Source of the DNA: Octopus bimaculoides
Taxonomy: Eukaryota
Reading direction: 5' to 3'
NCBI RefSeq assembly: GCF_001194135.2
Contig: NC_068991.1
Coordinates: 22,610,386-22,674,385 of the forward strand
Length of the DNA: 64,000 nucleotides
The translations under genes were made by a program, and so were the position numbers. Below, piece by piece: positions 26,818-39,368 of the stretch (position 1 is its first letter; every line of letters starts with the position of its first letter). Under the pieces are notes generated by a model. It did no database searches, was not told where the DNA came from, and saw only the letters and a program-made list of their open reading frames with translations.

Positions 26818-28894
26818 TCACCTTATATCTCGGCAAAAAATAATTTCAAATGTGACATTCCTCAACAAAAGATAGATTGTGCCTTCTGAAGTTAAAGATA
26901 ATGAAAATTTTAGTGGATATATCTGATTTCTACAGCAAAAGGATTAAGTAATTTTATCTTAAACCAAAACCTTGTTTAGACCAAACTCTTCTATAATTCC
27001 CTATTAATCACTACTGTATTGTTTTTTTTTTATTACATACAGAAGCCAGGACTTTTTTTTACCTTAATGAGTTTGTCATGAGTGTATATGATAAAATTAC
27101 AAATATAGAATTAAACATAAAAATGATTCCAAATGATTTGTATATAGATAGCAATATTTATCACTGTTTTTTTTGTGGTGTCTCATTGAACCCTAGGGTT
27201 CCTAGAACCTTAATTGGAAATGCTGCTTCAGTCAGAATAAACTTCAGATAGAATAGAATGACACAGTTTCATTTTTCCTTCATTAGATTATGTCCTTTGC
27301 CTCTGTCAAAAATCAATATGCTATCATGGTGGCATAACTTGGAAACATAACGTTGTGTTGATCCAGTATTGATGTACTTAGCACTTTTAAATGAAGGGTT
27401 AAGTGGTGCAACTGTTGCGCATGTTCTGTTTGATATGTTTATTGCATGCAACATGTTGTATTCAGTTGAGTTTTTATTTGTTTTTTTTCTTTGCTTCTGA
27501 ATGACATTGCTAACTGTAGTACACTTTGTGTAGGTAGTGCTACGTTTGTACTGGATGATGAATGAAGCAATTATTGCAAATGTCAACTTTCAGTTAAATA
27601 CTACACACAGAGCAAATGACATGTCGAAATGTGTAGAGTGCACCCAAATGTCACTACCATGTATAATATTTTCTGTTCTTCTCTCTTACTCTCTCTTCCT
27701 CTCTCTCTCCTCTCACTCTCTCTGACACAACAAATGCTTGTCTAGGCAATTATGAACCAACCCATTTTGAAGCTAGGCTGACACTTGTACATTTTTTCAT
27801 CTCCCAATGCTTACTGATTGGTGTACTGTTTACTGGTACAGATTACAGGAAGCACCACCTTTTATTTATTTTTTTTTTTTCAGCTAATGTCTCTCATTTC
27901 ATACCTGCAGAGGACAGACGGTTTACTCACTTTTAAATCAAGGCATTATAAAGAGTAGTTGAGCTTTTTAAGCCAAGGTGTCAACACTTGGCTTGCTCTC
28001 ACTGCTTAAGTGTGTTTTTCTTTTTCTTTGGATTTCTTAGCTAACAATCTATCCAACTGCATCTCTCTATATTTCTGAATGTAATAGATATAGATATATA
28101 TAGGTATGTGTGTATGTATGTATGTATGTATAGTTTACCATATTCAAGCTCATTTCCATTTCTCTGTGTATATCAATCAATATTTTAGTCAATTAATCAA
28201 TCAACATTATAGTTTCCACCCTTTCATCTTTATATTTCTAACAAGTTGTCTGCCAAGAGTGTTTCACCAGTTTTCAATGTAATCAAGGTTTTGGACGGAT
28301 TTAGTAAATTCTCTCTCTCTCTCCCCCTCCTCCCCTACCCCATCAGTATTTATAGCTTTATCTACTTTAAGTTCCATCATTAAAACTGACTTATTTCATG
28401 TCTTTCGGTGTTTCTAAATTCTTATGATATATTCCTATATAATTAAGTTGGTGTCAGCTTGCTGAAATCTTATGCTGTCATTCACATTGCACTTTGCTTG
28501 GTTTGAAACCTGTTTGGTAAGGCCATACTGGAGTCCCATATAGGCGTTTCAATTGGGATTTTTAAATTCGTACATTGGTACAGGTGATATTGGTCAGTTT
28601 CATATTCATTGATGTTTGGTGTGATATACGGAGAACTATCAACTGTTTTTTTTGCAGGAACCCATCTATTTACCCTTGTGTGTGTGCTGTTTGTTTGATG
28701 ATGATGATAATAAACTGAGTTGCACTTGTTCAACAAGTGATATGACCTGAATGTTGGAATTATTACAATTGCTTTGCATTTGAGTCAGCTTTTAAACACA
28801 CATACACAATTCTATCCACTTTTACTTTGTTGTTATTTTATGATAATCAACTATATGTTTATGAGGTGTGATACATCTGTGACATAACTTGGCA

Positions 28895-29790
28895 ATGGGC
28901 TGGACAATCATTAGAGCACCAGAAGAAATGCTTTGCAGAATTTCTTCCAACTTATTACGTTCTATGTTCAAATTCTGCCAAGATCAACTTTGTCTTTCAT
29001 CCTTTTGGTGGTTGATAAAATAAATACTAGTCAAGTACTGGTGTCAGTGTAATTGACTAACACACTCCCCTTAAATTGCATGCCTTATGCGAAAAGAATT
29101 ATTATTTAGAGCAATGAGCTAGCAGAATCATTAAGCATGTCAGACAAAATTCTTAGTGGCATTTCTTCTGGCTTTATGTTCTGAGTTCAAATTCCACTGA
29201 GGTTGATTTTGCTTTTCATCCTTACAGGGTCAATGAAGTAAAGTACCAACGAAGTACTTGAGTCAGTGTAACTGATTTACTCACTCCTTAAAGATTGCTG
29301 GTTTTGTGTCAAAATTTTAAATAATTATTAAGACAGGGAGCTGACAGTGTCATTAGTGTTGGACAAAATACACTGTAACATTTCTTTTGGCTCTCTACAT
29401 TCAGAGTTCATATCTTGCCAAGATCAGCTTCGACTTCCATCCTTTTGAGGATTGGTAAAGTAAAGTACCAGTCAGTTACTAAAGTTGATAGTTAAACTAA
29501 CCCTCTCCCCATAAAATTGCTGGCCTTCTACCAAAATTTTAAAAAAATATTATTATTAAAAGGTGTGGAACTGGCAGAATCATCAGTGCAGCTCCGAAAG
29601 TGCTTATTGGCATTTCCTCCAGCTCTTTATGCTCTGAGATCAAATTCTGCTGAGGTTGATTTTGTCTTACATCCTTTCAGGGTTGCTAAAATAATTGCCA
29701 TTTGAGCAATGAGGGTGATGTAATTGACTTAGAGCCTTCTCACTATAATTGTTGTCTTTGTGCCAAAATTTGAAACAATTATTATGACGT
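28895..29790 (+). repeat. Array of four head-to-tail, about 225-bp SINE-like units with (ATT)n tails
   Basis: Each unit contains GAGCTGGCAGAATC, TTCTGAGTTCAAATTC..CTGAGGT.GA.TTTG..TTTCATCCTTT, AAGTACCAG and ends AAAATTT.AAA..ATTATTA. The units are mutually diverged. Confidence 0.85.
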
Positions 29791-30462
29791 ATGTGCGAGC
29801 ACGCACACACAATTTCAGCTATTTCCTCTGGCCATGTAACATTATTACCGCATGATCTCTCATTTCCTTCTCTTGAGAATGTGTCAGCTGGAAATCTATC
29901 AGAGTGTGATATATTAAACAGATCAAAATATCACTAGTATTTACATTCAATTCAAGAGAACACCACACACACACATTTTGTCCATAGTATAACTTCATCA
30001 TTTTAGCCTTTCATTTGCTTGATACTGAAGCGAGTCACATACTCCTACTTCAGATTGTGATTTCTTACTGAGACAATGTTCCCTTGTAGAAGTCTAAAAG
30101 ACAAACATGAAGCAGATAATGTAGCAATACAAGTTATCAGCTCTTTGAAGCTTACACCAGTTACATCCCAGTCTCAGCTACGATGGCTTTTGAGGTTTGC
30201 TTATTCTAGTCATGTTCACAGCATGAAAGAGTGTTACTATTGAAAGTGCTTTATTAAAAAGAGCAATCCGTTTCACATTGTGTTTTGGTAATTCCCTGAA
30301 AGCAATCAATAATCCTTCTTAATAAATTACACTTGGCAACCTTATTCTTAAAAAGCAGAAAAGAAAAACATGTAAAATTGTCTTGCACATTTGTCATTAT
30401 TGCAAAGTTTATGTTACATAAATGTACACATTTATATATGTTGTGTATATATTTATGTGTGA

Positions 30463-30505
<43 letters not shown>

Positions 30506-32639
30506 TCAGTAAATAGTGGGGTTGTGTTAACCGCATGTGAAGAAATAATAGGAAAATGAGAAATAATAATAAAGCAGAATGCTAAACTGGAAGCATATTT
30601 TAATAAAGATTTCTAACCGGCTTTCATTGCATGGCAAATTATCAAGAAGAGGGAGAATGAAAATGTTTTTTACAAAAAAGTAAAAAATGAAAAAAATAAT
30701 ATATAAGAAAAATAATATATAAAAAAATAAATATACCAATACATTATATTGTCTTTGAGCTTTTAAAGTTCAATGGTAATTCATGTAGATAATGGTTGGA
30801 AAGATAAGGATGCATGAAAATTGAGTTGTTAGGTTTAAAAAAAAGAGAAAAGGAGCTAAAAGTTTGTGTTAAGCAGGAAGTGTGGTGTCAAAACAGGAAG
30901 TGTGTGTAAGGGGAGACAAATCTTTTTAGTTGGAGTTATGAACTCTTTTTCAACAGGAAGTTTATGTCTGTTCCTAGAGAAATAAGGTCACTGAGGGGTA
31001 TGTGTGTTAAGAAATGGTTGGAATTTCTCTATGAAAAGATTCTCCTTGTTGATTCTTTCTTGTGTGAAGATTCTGTCTGTACATGCGGCAGCATACCTGT
31101 TTCTGTCTTCAACTTTGATCTCTTTCTCTGGCCATTTCAGTCTCTCTGTCTCACTATAACCTTTCACCATCTGACACAAGATCAATTCCTCCAATGCCCC
31201 CTCCCCTCTCAAAAGATTTTTGTCTTACAAGTTACTCGGTGACCTGTCAGTGCAGGTACCACTTAAAAAGCACCCAGTCCACATTGTAAAGTGGTTGGCA
31301 TTTGAAAGGACATCCAGTTGCAAAAAATCCTGCCAAAATGGTCACAGAAATCTGATGCAGGCTTCTGCTCATCTGGCTCCTGTCAAACTGTCCCACCCAT
31401 GCCAGCATTGAAGGTGGACATTACATGATGATGATGATGATATATATGTATATGTATATATCTGTAATGTGTGTGTGTGTGTGTGTGTGTGTTTGCATTT
31501 AAATATGAATTTGTGATGTATGTATGTTCATCTTATTAGTATATTTTCTAGAATGGGAGTACTGTTTTCTAACAAAGAAACCAACTTTCCATCATTGGTG
31601 TTTGGATCACAACAATGATAATTGTTACATATGAACAATAAGAAAGTTTTGCAGATTTTTACTGTTTCTCTTAGGCATTTACTAACATAACCACTTGCAC
31701 TAGTGATTATTAGAATGAATGTAAATTTATAGTCAGGGTAGGAGTTGTCCATAGGTATTCTTCCTCTTCCTGATTTTGGAAGAGATGTTCACATTTGCAG
31801 AACAGCTAGCTTCTATGACTACATGGCCTTTCTTTTCTGTCCCAAATAACTATATATGTAGAGTCTATTATGTTTACATTTGGTAGAAACTTTGTTAGGA
31901 ATGTACCACCAATAATCTTTGTGCTGTTATTTATGTATTCCATAGCAAAGATTTATTAAATACTTATCATAGGACACTCTTTTTTCTATGGATGACATTA
32001 TTTATTGTTTTAGCAACATCATGTCATAGGTAGTATCCAGACTTTTTTGGACAGCTGCTGATTCCATGTGCTATATCCTCTACAGAAGAGTGACATAATT
32101 GATACTTGCAGTTGCATCTTGAGGTTTTAAGACTTTACTGTCCCATTTGTTTATGAGATATTTTCAAATTACCTCTTGCACTTGCATTGCAATAGCATAA
32201 CCTTATAGATTTGATGTGATGTAATGGTCACAAGTCCAGGAGAGGCTATACTTTTCACATTAATATTCTCATCCTTTCCTAGTTTACAGGAAACAAATCC
32301 ATATGTAATCTTTTTGTGGTATGCAAAGTATTTTTCTTTTAGATCTTTGCTGAGATATGCAAACCCTACACTTCTGGATTCATACAAGAGGTTTGGCCAC
32401 TTAATTTTTCAGCATTTTATTGATGTATCTATTTTTGCTGCCTCTTGTTTTATAATGGTGCTACCTAAACAATATTGTACTACACTTGAAGGCTGCCTTT
32501 GCTGATCTTAAGTCACTTCCTCCCACTTTCCCTCAGAGATGTGTATGTGTGCGTGTGATTGTATGTATGTATATATGAATAAATAAATTCAATTAGTTTG
32601 GTTAAATTCGTATGTTGTGAGGGAAAGCAGAATCTAATG

Positions 32640-33478
32640 TTTTAGGTGTTTAAACTTCCGTTTCTATAATTTTTTCGCTGATGTAGTTCGTTACTGGTTT
32701 TCTTATGCTTGTGTCCACTCGATTATGCGATCGACGAGCAAAATGATAATGCAAGGTTCCGAAGAAAAAAAAAAGTCTTACGTTATTTCTGACACCTGAA
32801 TTGTACATATACTCCTTTGTTACCGACCCCACTGTCGTATATGCAGACAACCAATGATTCGTATGCTGGAAATGTGTGACAGACGACGACAACATTGTTC
32901 ACTAATATATTACGATATGAAATAAAATTACCATATTCGGCTTCTCATCTTCTTTTAATTAGAATTGAGTTGGTTATCCCTAGGTCGAACCTGACCAATG
33001 AAGGCTTATGATGGATGACATTCTAGTGGTTACGGTCTTTTGTTGAAACATAATTTAAACTCAATTATCTAATGTGTCTTCTTTTTTTTGCGTAAGAAAA
33101 TCGTGTTCGATTTGGTTAAAGAATTTAGCTCCTATTTATGTCTTCCCGGGTGAACGACTGCATAGAGATCTTATATATGATTGCATACCCGCAAGGTCTT
33201 GTAGCAAGTGATACAAGGGAAATAACTCTAACAAAAATATACGTATGTATTATTACCTGCCCTTGACAAAGAGAGTCTGTTTTTGTTTCGACGGTTTAAA
33301 TCAGTTTGTTTTCGTTTTATGGCCGAGATACAAAACCCGTTTAAATGGTTACCCGTTGCAATGACCTCTTTTCAAGTTATGAAAAGTACTTTTATTATTT
33401 TTCGATTGTCTTTTACTTGCTAACCTTGACCCTTGTACATATTATTCCAAGACAAATGGTTGCAAGCCTACTCTTACA
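32640..33478. promoter_or_regulatory. CpG-retaining (putatively unmethylated) region, candidate promoter
   Basis: About 30 CpGs counted by eye in about 800 bp of unique AT-rich DNA, versus 2-3 in the preceding 800 bp. There is an ETS-like ACTTCCG at about 32654 and CCAAT at about 32851 and 32995. The promoter role is inferred. Confidence 0.45.
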
Positions 33479-34069
33479 NNNNNNNNNNNNNNNNNNNNNN
33501 NNNNNNNNNNNNNNNNNNNNNNNNNNNNNNNNNNNNNNNNNNNNNNNNNNNNNNNNNNNNNNNNNNNNNNNNNNNNNNNNNNNNNNNNNNNNNNNNNNNN
33601 NNNNNNNNNNNNNNNNNNNNNNNNNNNNNNNNNNNNNNNNNNNNNNNNNNNNNNNNNNNNNNNNNNNNNNNNNNNNNNNNNNNNNNNNNNNNNNNNNNNN
33701 NNNNNNNNNNNNNNNNNNNNNNNNNNNNNNNNNNNNNNNNNNNNNNNNNNNNNNNNNNNNNNNNNNNNNNNNNNNNNNNNNNNNNNNNNNNNNNNNNNNN
33801 NNNNNNNNNNNNNNNNNNNNNNNNNNNNNNNNNNNNNNNNNNNNNNNNNNNNNNNNNNNNNNNNNNNNNNNNNNNNNNNNNNNNNNNNNNNNNNNNNNNN
33901 NNNNNNNNNNNNNNNNNNNNNNNNNNNNNNNNNNNNNNNNNNNNNNNNNNNNNNNNNNNNNNNNNNNNNNNNNNNNNNNNNNNNNNNNNNNNNNNNNNNN
34001 NNNNNNNNNNNNNNNNNNNNNNNNNNNNNNNNNNNNNNNNNNNNNNNNNNNNNNNNNNNNNNNNNNNNN
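33479..34069. other. Assembly gap (N run)
   Basis: Other sized gaps lie at about 15059-15370, 37721-38024, 51090-51259, 55569-56127 and 56911-57018. 10-N gaps lie at 6512, 43758, 44248 and 46349. Confidence 0.99.
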
Positions 34070-34920
34070 TCTTGACAGTATCCACATTAAACTTCCTATT
34101 ACATGACCTGGTAGAGTTTTGAATCTTTATGTTCTGAGTTCAAACTTCATAATGATAATAGTAATCAGGATTTTTCACACTGACAAATTTACAAACTTGT
34201 TTGGGATGCATATAGTCCATTCAATGAAGTGTTCATTTCATTAAATCAGAAGATGAAGTGCAAAGTTATCCCTCAGCGTCTTTTAGAAGTGAACATTGTC
34301 AGATTTTCCACTCATGTCATAATAACAATAGACATAGCATTACAAATTACTATAAAGCTATCTAAAGTTATCTAAAGCTAAGATATAACAATGACTTAGC
34401 TAATAAATTCATGATTGTGGTTGTTAAGGAATGTGTCCATCATCTTACTTTGTAATTGGTACAACTGAAATGTGACTTCTGAGACCAGCACTAAACGTCA
34501 AATGTCAGTCCCATACACCAAACTAGGTTCTTTGTGGTGGAGGTGACTGAGATTCTGCAGCCAGTGTTTTTCTAGCAAGAATGTAGTAGTGAGTCAAATG
34601 CTGATATGAAACACAGATAGTGACCTAAGAATCAGGGCATTTATCAACCAACTGGTTGAAGACTCTATTGAAGAGTGATGCGGGTGAAGAGTGATGCAGG
34701 TGAAGTGTGATGTGGGAGGAGAGTTAAGGAGACAAGTGGTTGATGGTGTTCATCTGTGGATGACATGATGATGATGATGAAATGTGACAGAACTTTTCAT
34801 AAAGACAAGAACAGAAACTTATAGAAATAGACTTTGGTAGGTTCAAGAAAATAGCAATACAAAAGTGTTAGAAACTAATATTATACAACATTTGTTGACT
34901 TTGAATAACTTAATGCCAAT

Positions 34921-35050
34921 ATATGTGGTCTGATCAATAGGTGTCTGGACTGTTGCCATAGTAACAAAGCATGCAGAGTGAAACTGCTTGGGACAAATTG
35001 ACCTTTTGAACTCTGCTGTGCATGCGCACTAAGTTTTAACATTCTTGCTC
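34921..35050 (+). mobile_element. Mariner 5' end remnant
   Basis: TA-TGTGGTCTGATCAATAGGTGTCTGGACT resembles a mariner TIR; no partner end was found. Confidence 0.4.
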
Positions 35051-35079
35051 AGAATGTAAAGATGGGCAAAATGCTGCTG

Positions 35080-35123
35080 TTTAACACTTCCTTCGAAATT
35101 GCTGGCCTTGTGTCAAAATTTGA

Positions 35124-35159
<36 letters not shown>

Positions 35160-35570
35160 TATTATTATTAGCTGGTAGAATTTACCAATGAGTCAAACAA
35201 AATGCTTAGTAGCAGTTTTAGTTCTGAGTTCAAATTCTGCTGAGGTCAACTTTGCCTTTCATCTTTATGGGGTCGATAAAATAAGTACCAGTTGAGCACT
35301 GGAATCAATGTAATAGACTTAACCCTCCCCAAAATTTCAGGCCTTGTACCTATAGTAGAAAGGATTATTATTATTATTCAGTAGAATCATTACCATGTTA
35401 GCCAAAATACCTAAAGCCATTTTTTTTTCCTGCTTTATATTCTGCTAAGTTTGACTTGGCTATTCTAAATTTTCAGAATCAATAAGATATGTACCAGTTG
35501 CTCACTTGGTGTCAGCATAATGAACTTACCCACTTCCTTTAAAATTGCTGGCTTTGTAACAAACAAGAAA
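35080..35570 (+). repeat. Array of the same ATT-tailed SINE (one 3' end plus two units)
   Basis: Same diagnostic core; units are separated by (AAT)n/(ATT)n. Confidence 0.75.
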
Positions 35571-35595
35571 AAGTTGTTGTGTGTTACTAATTATT

Positions 35596-35638
<43 letters not shown>

Positions 35639-37653
35639 GAAGTCAGTGTTAGCATGTTGCCTTTTTCTTTTTTCTCTTTCTTTCCTTGTGAATGTTGTTA
35701 TGACAGTAATTGTTTTTCCTTCACCCAGCTTTATTTCACTGAATGAAGAGACGAAAATGTTGCACTTCACAACAAGCAACAGCTCCGGTTTGCTGTTTGG
35801 AAATAACTCTGTGCATACACACACGCACACACACACGTGTATGTGTCTGTGTGTATGTATATGTTCACTTGCATTAGCTGCACTTAAAGCTGCAACTTTT
35901 AAGAAGAATGCTTACATAGGTTTGCTCCAACACATTCCTTAGCATACAGAAGCCCACACATGCACCCATTCATTCATACATATATATATATATATATATT
36001 AAAACAAAAATTTTGCATGCATATATAAATACACACAGATATTTCTCTGAAATAGCTGCACTTTGAGGTGGAATGTGTGTCTTGCTGTCTACAGACTTGC
36101 TTCAAACTTTTTTTTTTATATTACTCAGACATTTATATACATAAATACTAACACACACACACATATACATGTAAATATAAATATATGCATACTGCATATT
36201 TATGGCTACCTGATCACCTTTTTAGTCAGTGGTTCTTACCTTCACTTTATTTTACCTGTGCAGTTGTTTATCAACACATATCTGGGACTGTTTCAGTTCT
36301 ACAGACTTCAAATAGAGCATCTTTTCTTTAAGCCAACTGATCAGCTAAATTGGTACTAGTGAAGGGTGGTTGTTTTTACACACATACACATTTGTGTGTG
36401 TGTGTGTGTGTGTTTGCTTTTAAATATATAAATATGTATGTATATGTGTGAATATGTATATATCTCTGTGTGTCTTCTTTTCTCTTTCTCTCTCTTTTTT
36501 TTTTCACTCCTATTTGTTCACTCCACCCCTTGTTGCTGTGTCAGATGTCTGTAATGTACACTACATAGATTTAGGACACATCAAAAGCACCAGCATTAAT
36601 GCTCTGCTGAAAGGTGTACCAGCAACTGTTTGCTAGTTCTCTATACTCCCCCTTCGCCTTCTCCCCACCAACACAAACATAAGTTAACAAAATATACACA
36701 CACACACACACACACACACATACACACTCACATACATACAGCCATCAAGTTCCTGTCTTTGCCATAGTGCTGTTACATCAAGGTGTATTATCAGTTAGAA
36801 CGACCTCCTCAATGGTCACCGCTATTGTTCATCACCATTATAATCATCATCATTATTATAGGAAACATTATTATTATGCCTACCTTTGATACACTGCTGT
36901 TAACATGCAAGAGGTAAGTTGTTGAGAACATTTTTCAATATTGCCTGTGAGACAATAGGTGTAGAACAACGAAAACAAAACTTCAAAATCTTAGTTGTCA
37001 CAAAACACAGCAGAACAATAACAATTTAGAGAAACTCAAACAAAAATATAACAAAGCTAATTAACAAGTTGTCTAACATAATTAAGGGATCAGCAATAGT
37101 TGCTTCACCACATACCGAAATTTAGAAATAGCAGTTAAAGTACTAATTCTACTACTACAATAAGTCTCCAACAGTTGTCTATCTATCTACACACACACAT
37201 ATATGTATGTTTGCTGGACTTAATTATCGTGTGTGTGTGTGTGTGTGTGCACTTTCAGCTCCTTTCCTTGATATCGTGAGCTTGTTGTCAAAGAGGATGA
37301 CTGTCATGCTAGTAATACCGCTATTCCTTTCAAATCCCAAGTACAAAACTATGTCTGACTATTCCTGCTCAAAGGACAAGGGGAAATGTTACCTTGGTTG
37401 TGAACAGGTGAGGGTCAGTGACAGAAAAAGCATCTGGCCCTGGAAACTGCTTCATCAAATTTCACTTCACTTTTGTAGGTTAAAGTAATGTTGATAATGT
37501 CTGTACATACATAATTTGTGCTTTATAATGTGTGTGTGTGTGTCTACACAAACACATATATAGTTTGTATACATAAATGCATAGCTCTCTGTCTACCTAT
37601 CTATTTATCTGTGTGTATATATATAATATACATATGTACACACACACACACAC

Positions 37654-37701
<48 letters not shown>

Positions 37702-38024
37702 ACACACACACACACACACANNNNNNNNNNNNNNNNNNNNNNNNNNNNNNNNNNNNNNNNNNNNNNNNNNNNNNNNNNNNNNNNNNNNNNNNNNNNNNNN
37801 NNNNNNNNNNNNNNNNNNNNNNNNNNNNNNNNNNNNNNNNNNNNNNNNNNNNNNNNNNNNNNNNNNNNNNNNNNNNNNNNNNNNNNNNNNNNNNNNNNNN
37901 NNNNNNNNNNNNNNNNNNNNNNNNNNNNNNNNNNNNNNNNNNNNNNNNNNNNNNNNNNNNNNNNNNNNNNNNNNNNNNNNNNNNNNNNNNNNNNNNNNNN
38001 NNNNNNNNNNNNNNNNNNNNNNNN

Positions 38025-38069
<45 letters not shown>

Positions 38070-39330
38070 CAGGCTTAGTATAGTTTCCATCTGCTAAATT
38101 CTCTCACAAGGCATTGGTCAGTCCAGTACAAGACATTTACCCAAGGTACTGCACAAAATGGTCAAACACGAAACCACATGGTCCAGAAACATAACAATCC
38201 AAACAGCCATACTAATTGATTTTAGAAATAATTAACAAAGTGATTTACTAAAATAGGTTTTCCATTATTTAATTTGCTTGCAATATAACTAACTGATCAC
38301 AAGATCTGTATGTAAATTTTTATTGAAGATTTAATTTAAATTTACAAATCTTAAAATGAACAGACTAGGACTCCAAGAAAGTGTATAAATTATATCTGCA
38401 TTCATTGTGTGTGTATGTGTATATATGCAGCTTAGTACCAGTGATGTTGCAACTCATTTCTACAGATGAGTGAACTGGAGCAACAAGAAAAACTGACCTC
38501 AAAATCAACATCAACAATATCAATAAACTGAATATATAAATTCCTTTTGCATGTGTGTATACACACATTTATTGAACTTTGAAGCACGCAGCCCAGTCCA
38601 GGAATCAAACTTACTACCCATGATTGCGAGCCTGATGCTTTAACCACTGAGCTATGACCCTCACACACACACACATATATATATATATTATGTATACATA
38701 TTTATATATATATATCTGTGTGTGTGTGTGTGTATGCATGTATGTATGTATTTATATACATAAACATATATATAATCAAGAAAGGCTTGAAAATTAGTCT
38801 CTCTGTTTGTTTCATTCTTGTCAAATATGTCAGTGTTAGGTGCACACACATACAAGCACTTGTAGACAGGCACATAGAATTGTTGTTAGGAAGAGTAGCT
38901 ATTCCTATCACTTACCTTTTTACATATATTTTTCTTTTTCTTTTGTTTTTGTTTTATGTGATATCTGCATAGTTTTCTGTCAAATATTTGTATTGGATTT
39001 TTTCTTTTTAATTTTGTTTAAGGAAACGACTACAAATGTTGAAACCAATCAGTGTTTATGCACTGATTACTAACATAATTTACATTCCAATATTAGAGAC
39101 TTAAAATTCATATATAAGGCTGGATCTTCATACACTGATCATTCTCTCCTCTCCCAAATATGAGTAGCCATGCAGCTCCTCTACAAGGGATCTGTTCAGT
39201 CCCTTCCTTTTCATACTCACTATGCACTGTAATTGTCGGGATTAGGAAGGGCATCCAGCCATAGAGACCATGCCAAAGCTGACCCTGAGGCATGATACAG
39301 GGATGTTAGAATAGATATGTATGTGTGTGC

Positions 39331-39368
<38 letters not shown>

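Noticed and set aside
31097-31170. Minus-strand exon candidate MVKGYSETERLKWPEKEIKVEDRN with donor CAG|gtatgc
   Set aside because: The acceptor lies in the antisense of an RTE 3'-UTR repeat, and splicing from the 32173 candidate gives an immediate stop.
33319-33423. MAEIQNPFKWLPVAMTSFQV... as PACS exon 1
   Set aside because: It lacks the conserved MNL[FY]ATWEVD motif and a suitable donor.
33345-34122. Long ORFs of 200-250 aa (also at 14974-15517, 37518-38090, 51009-51433 and 55518-56213)
   Set aside because: They are open only because they cross N runs.
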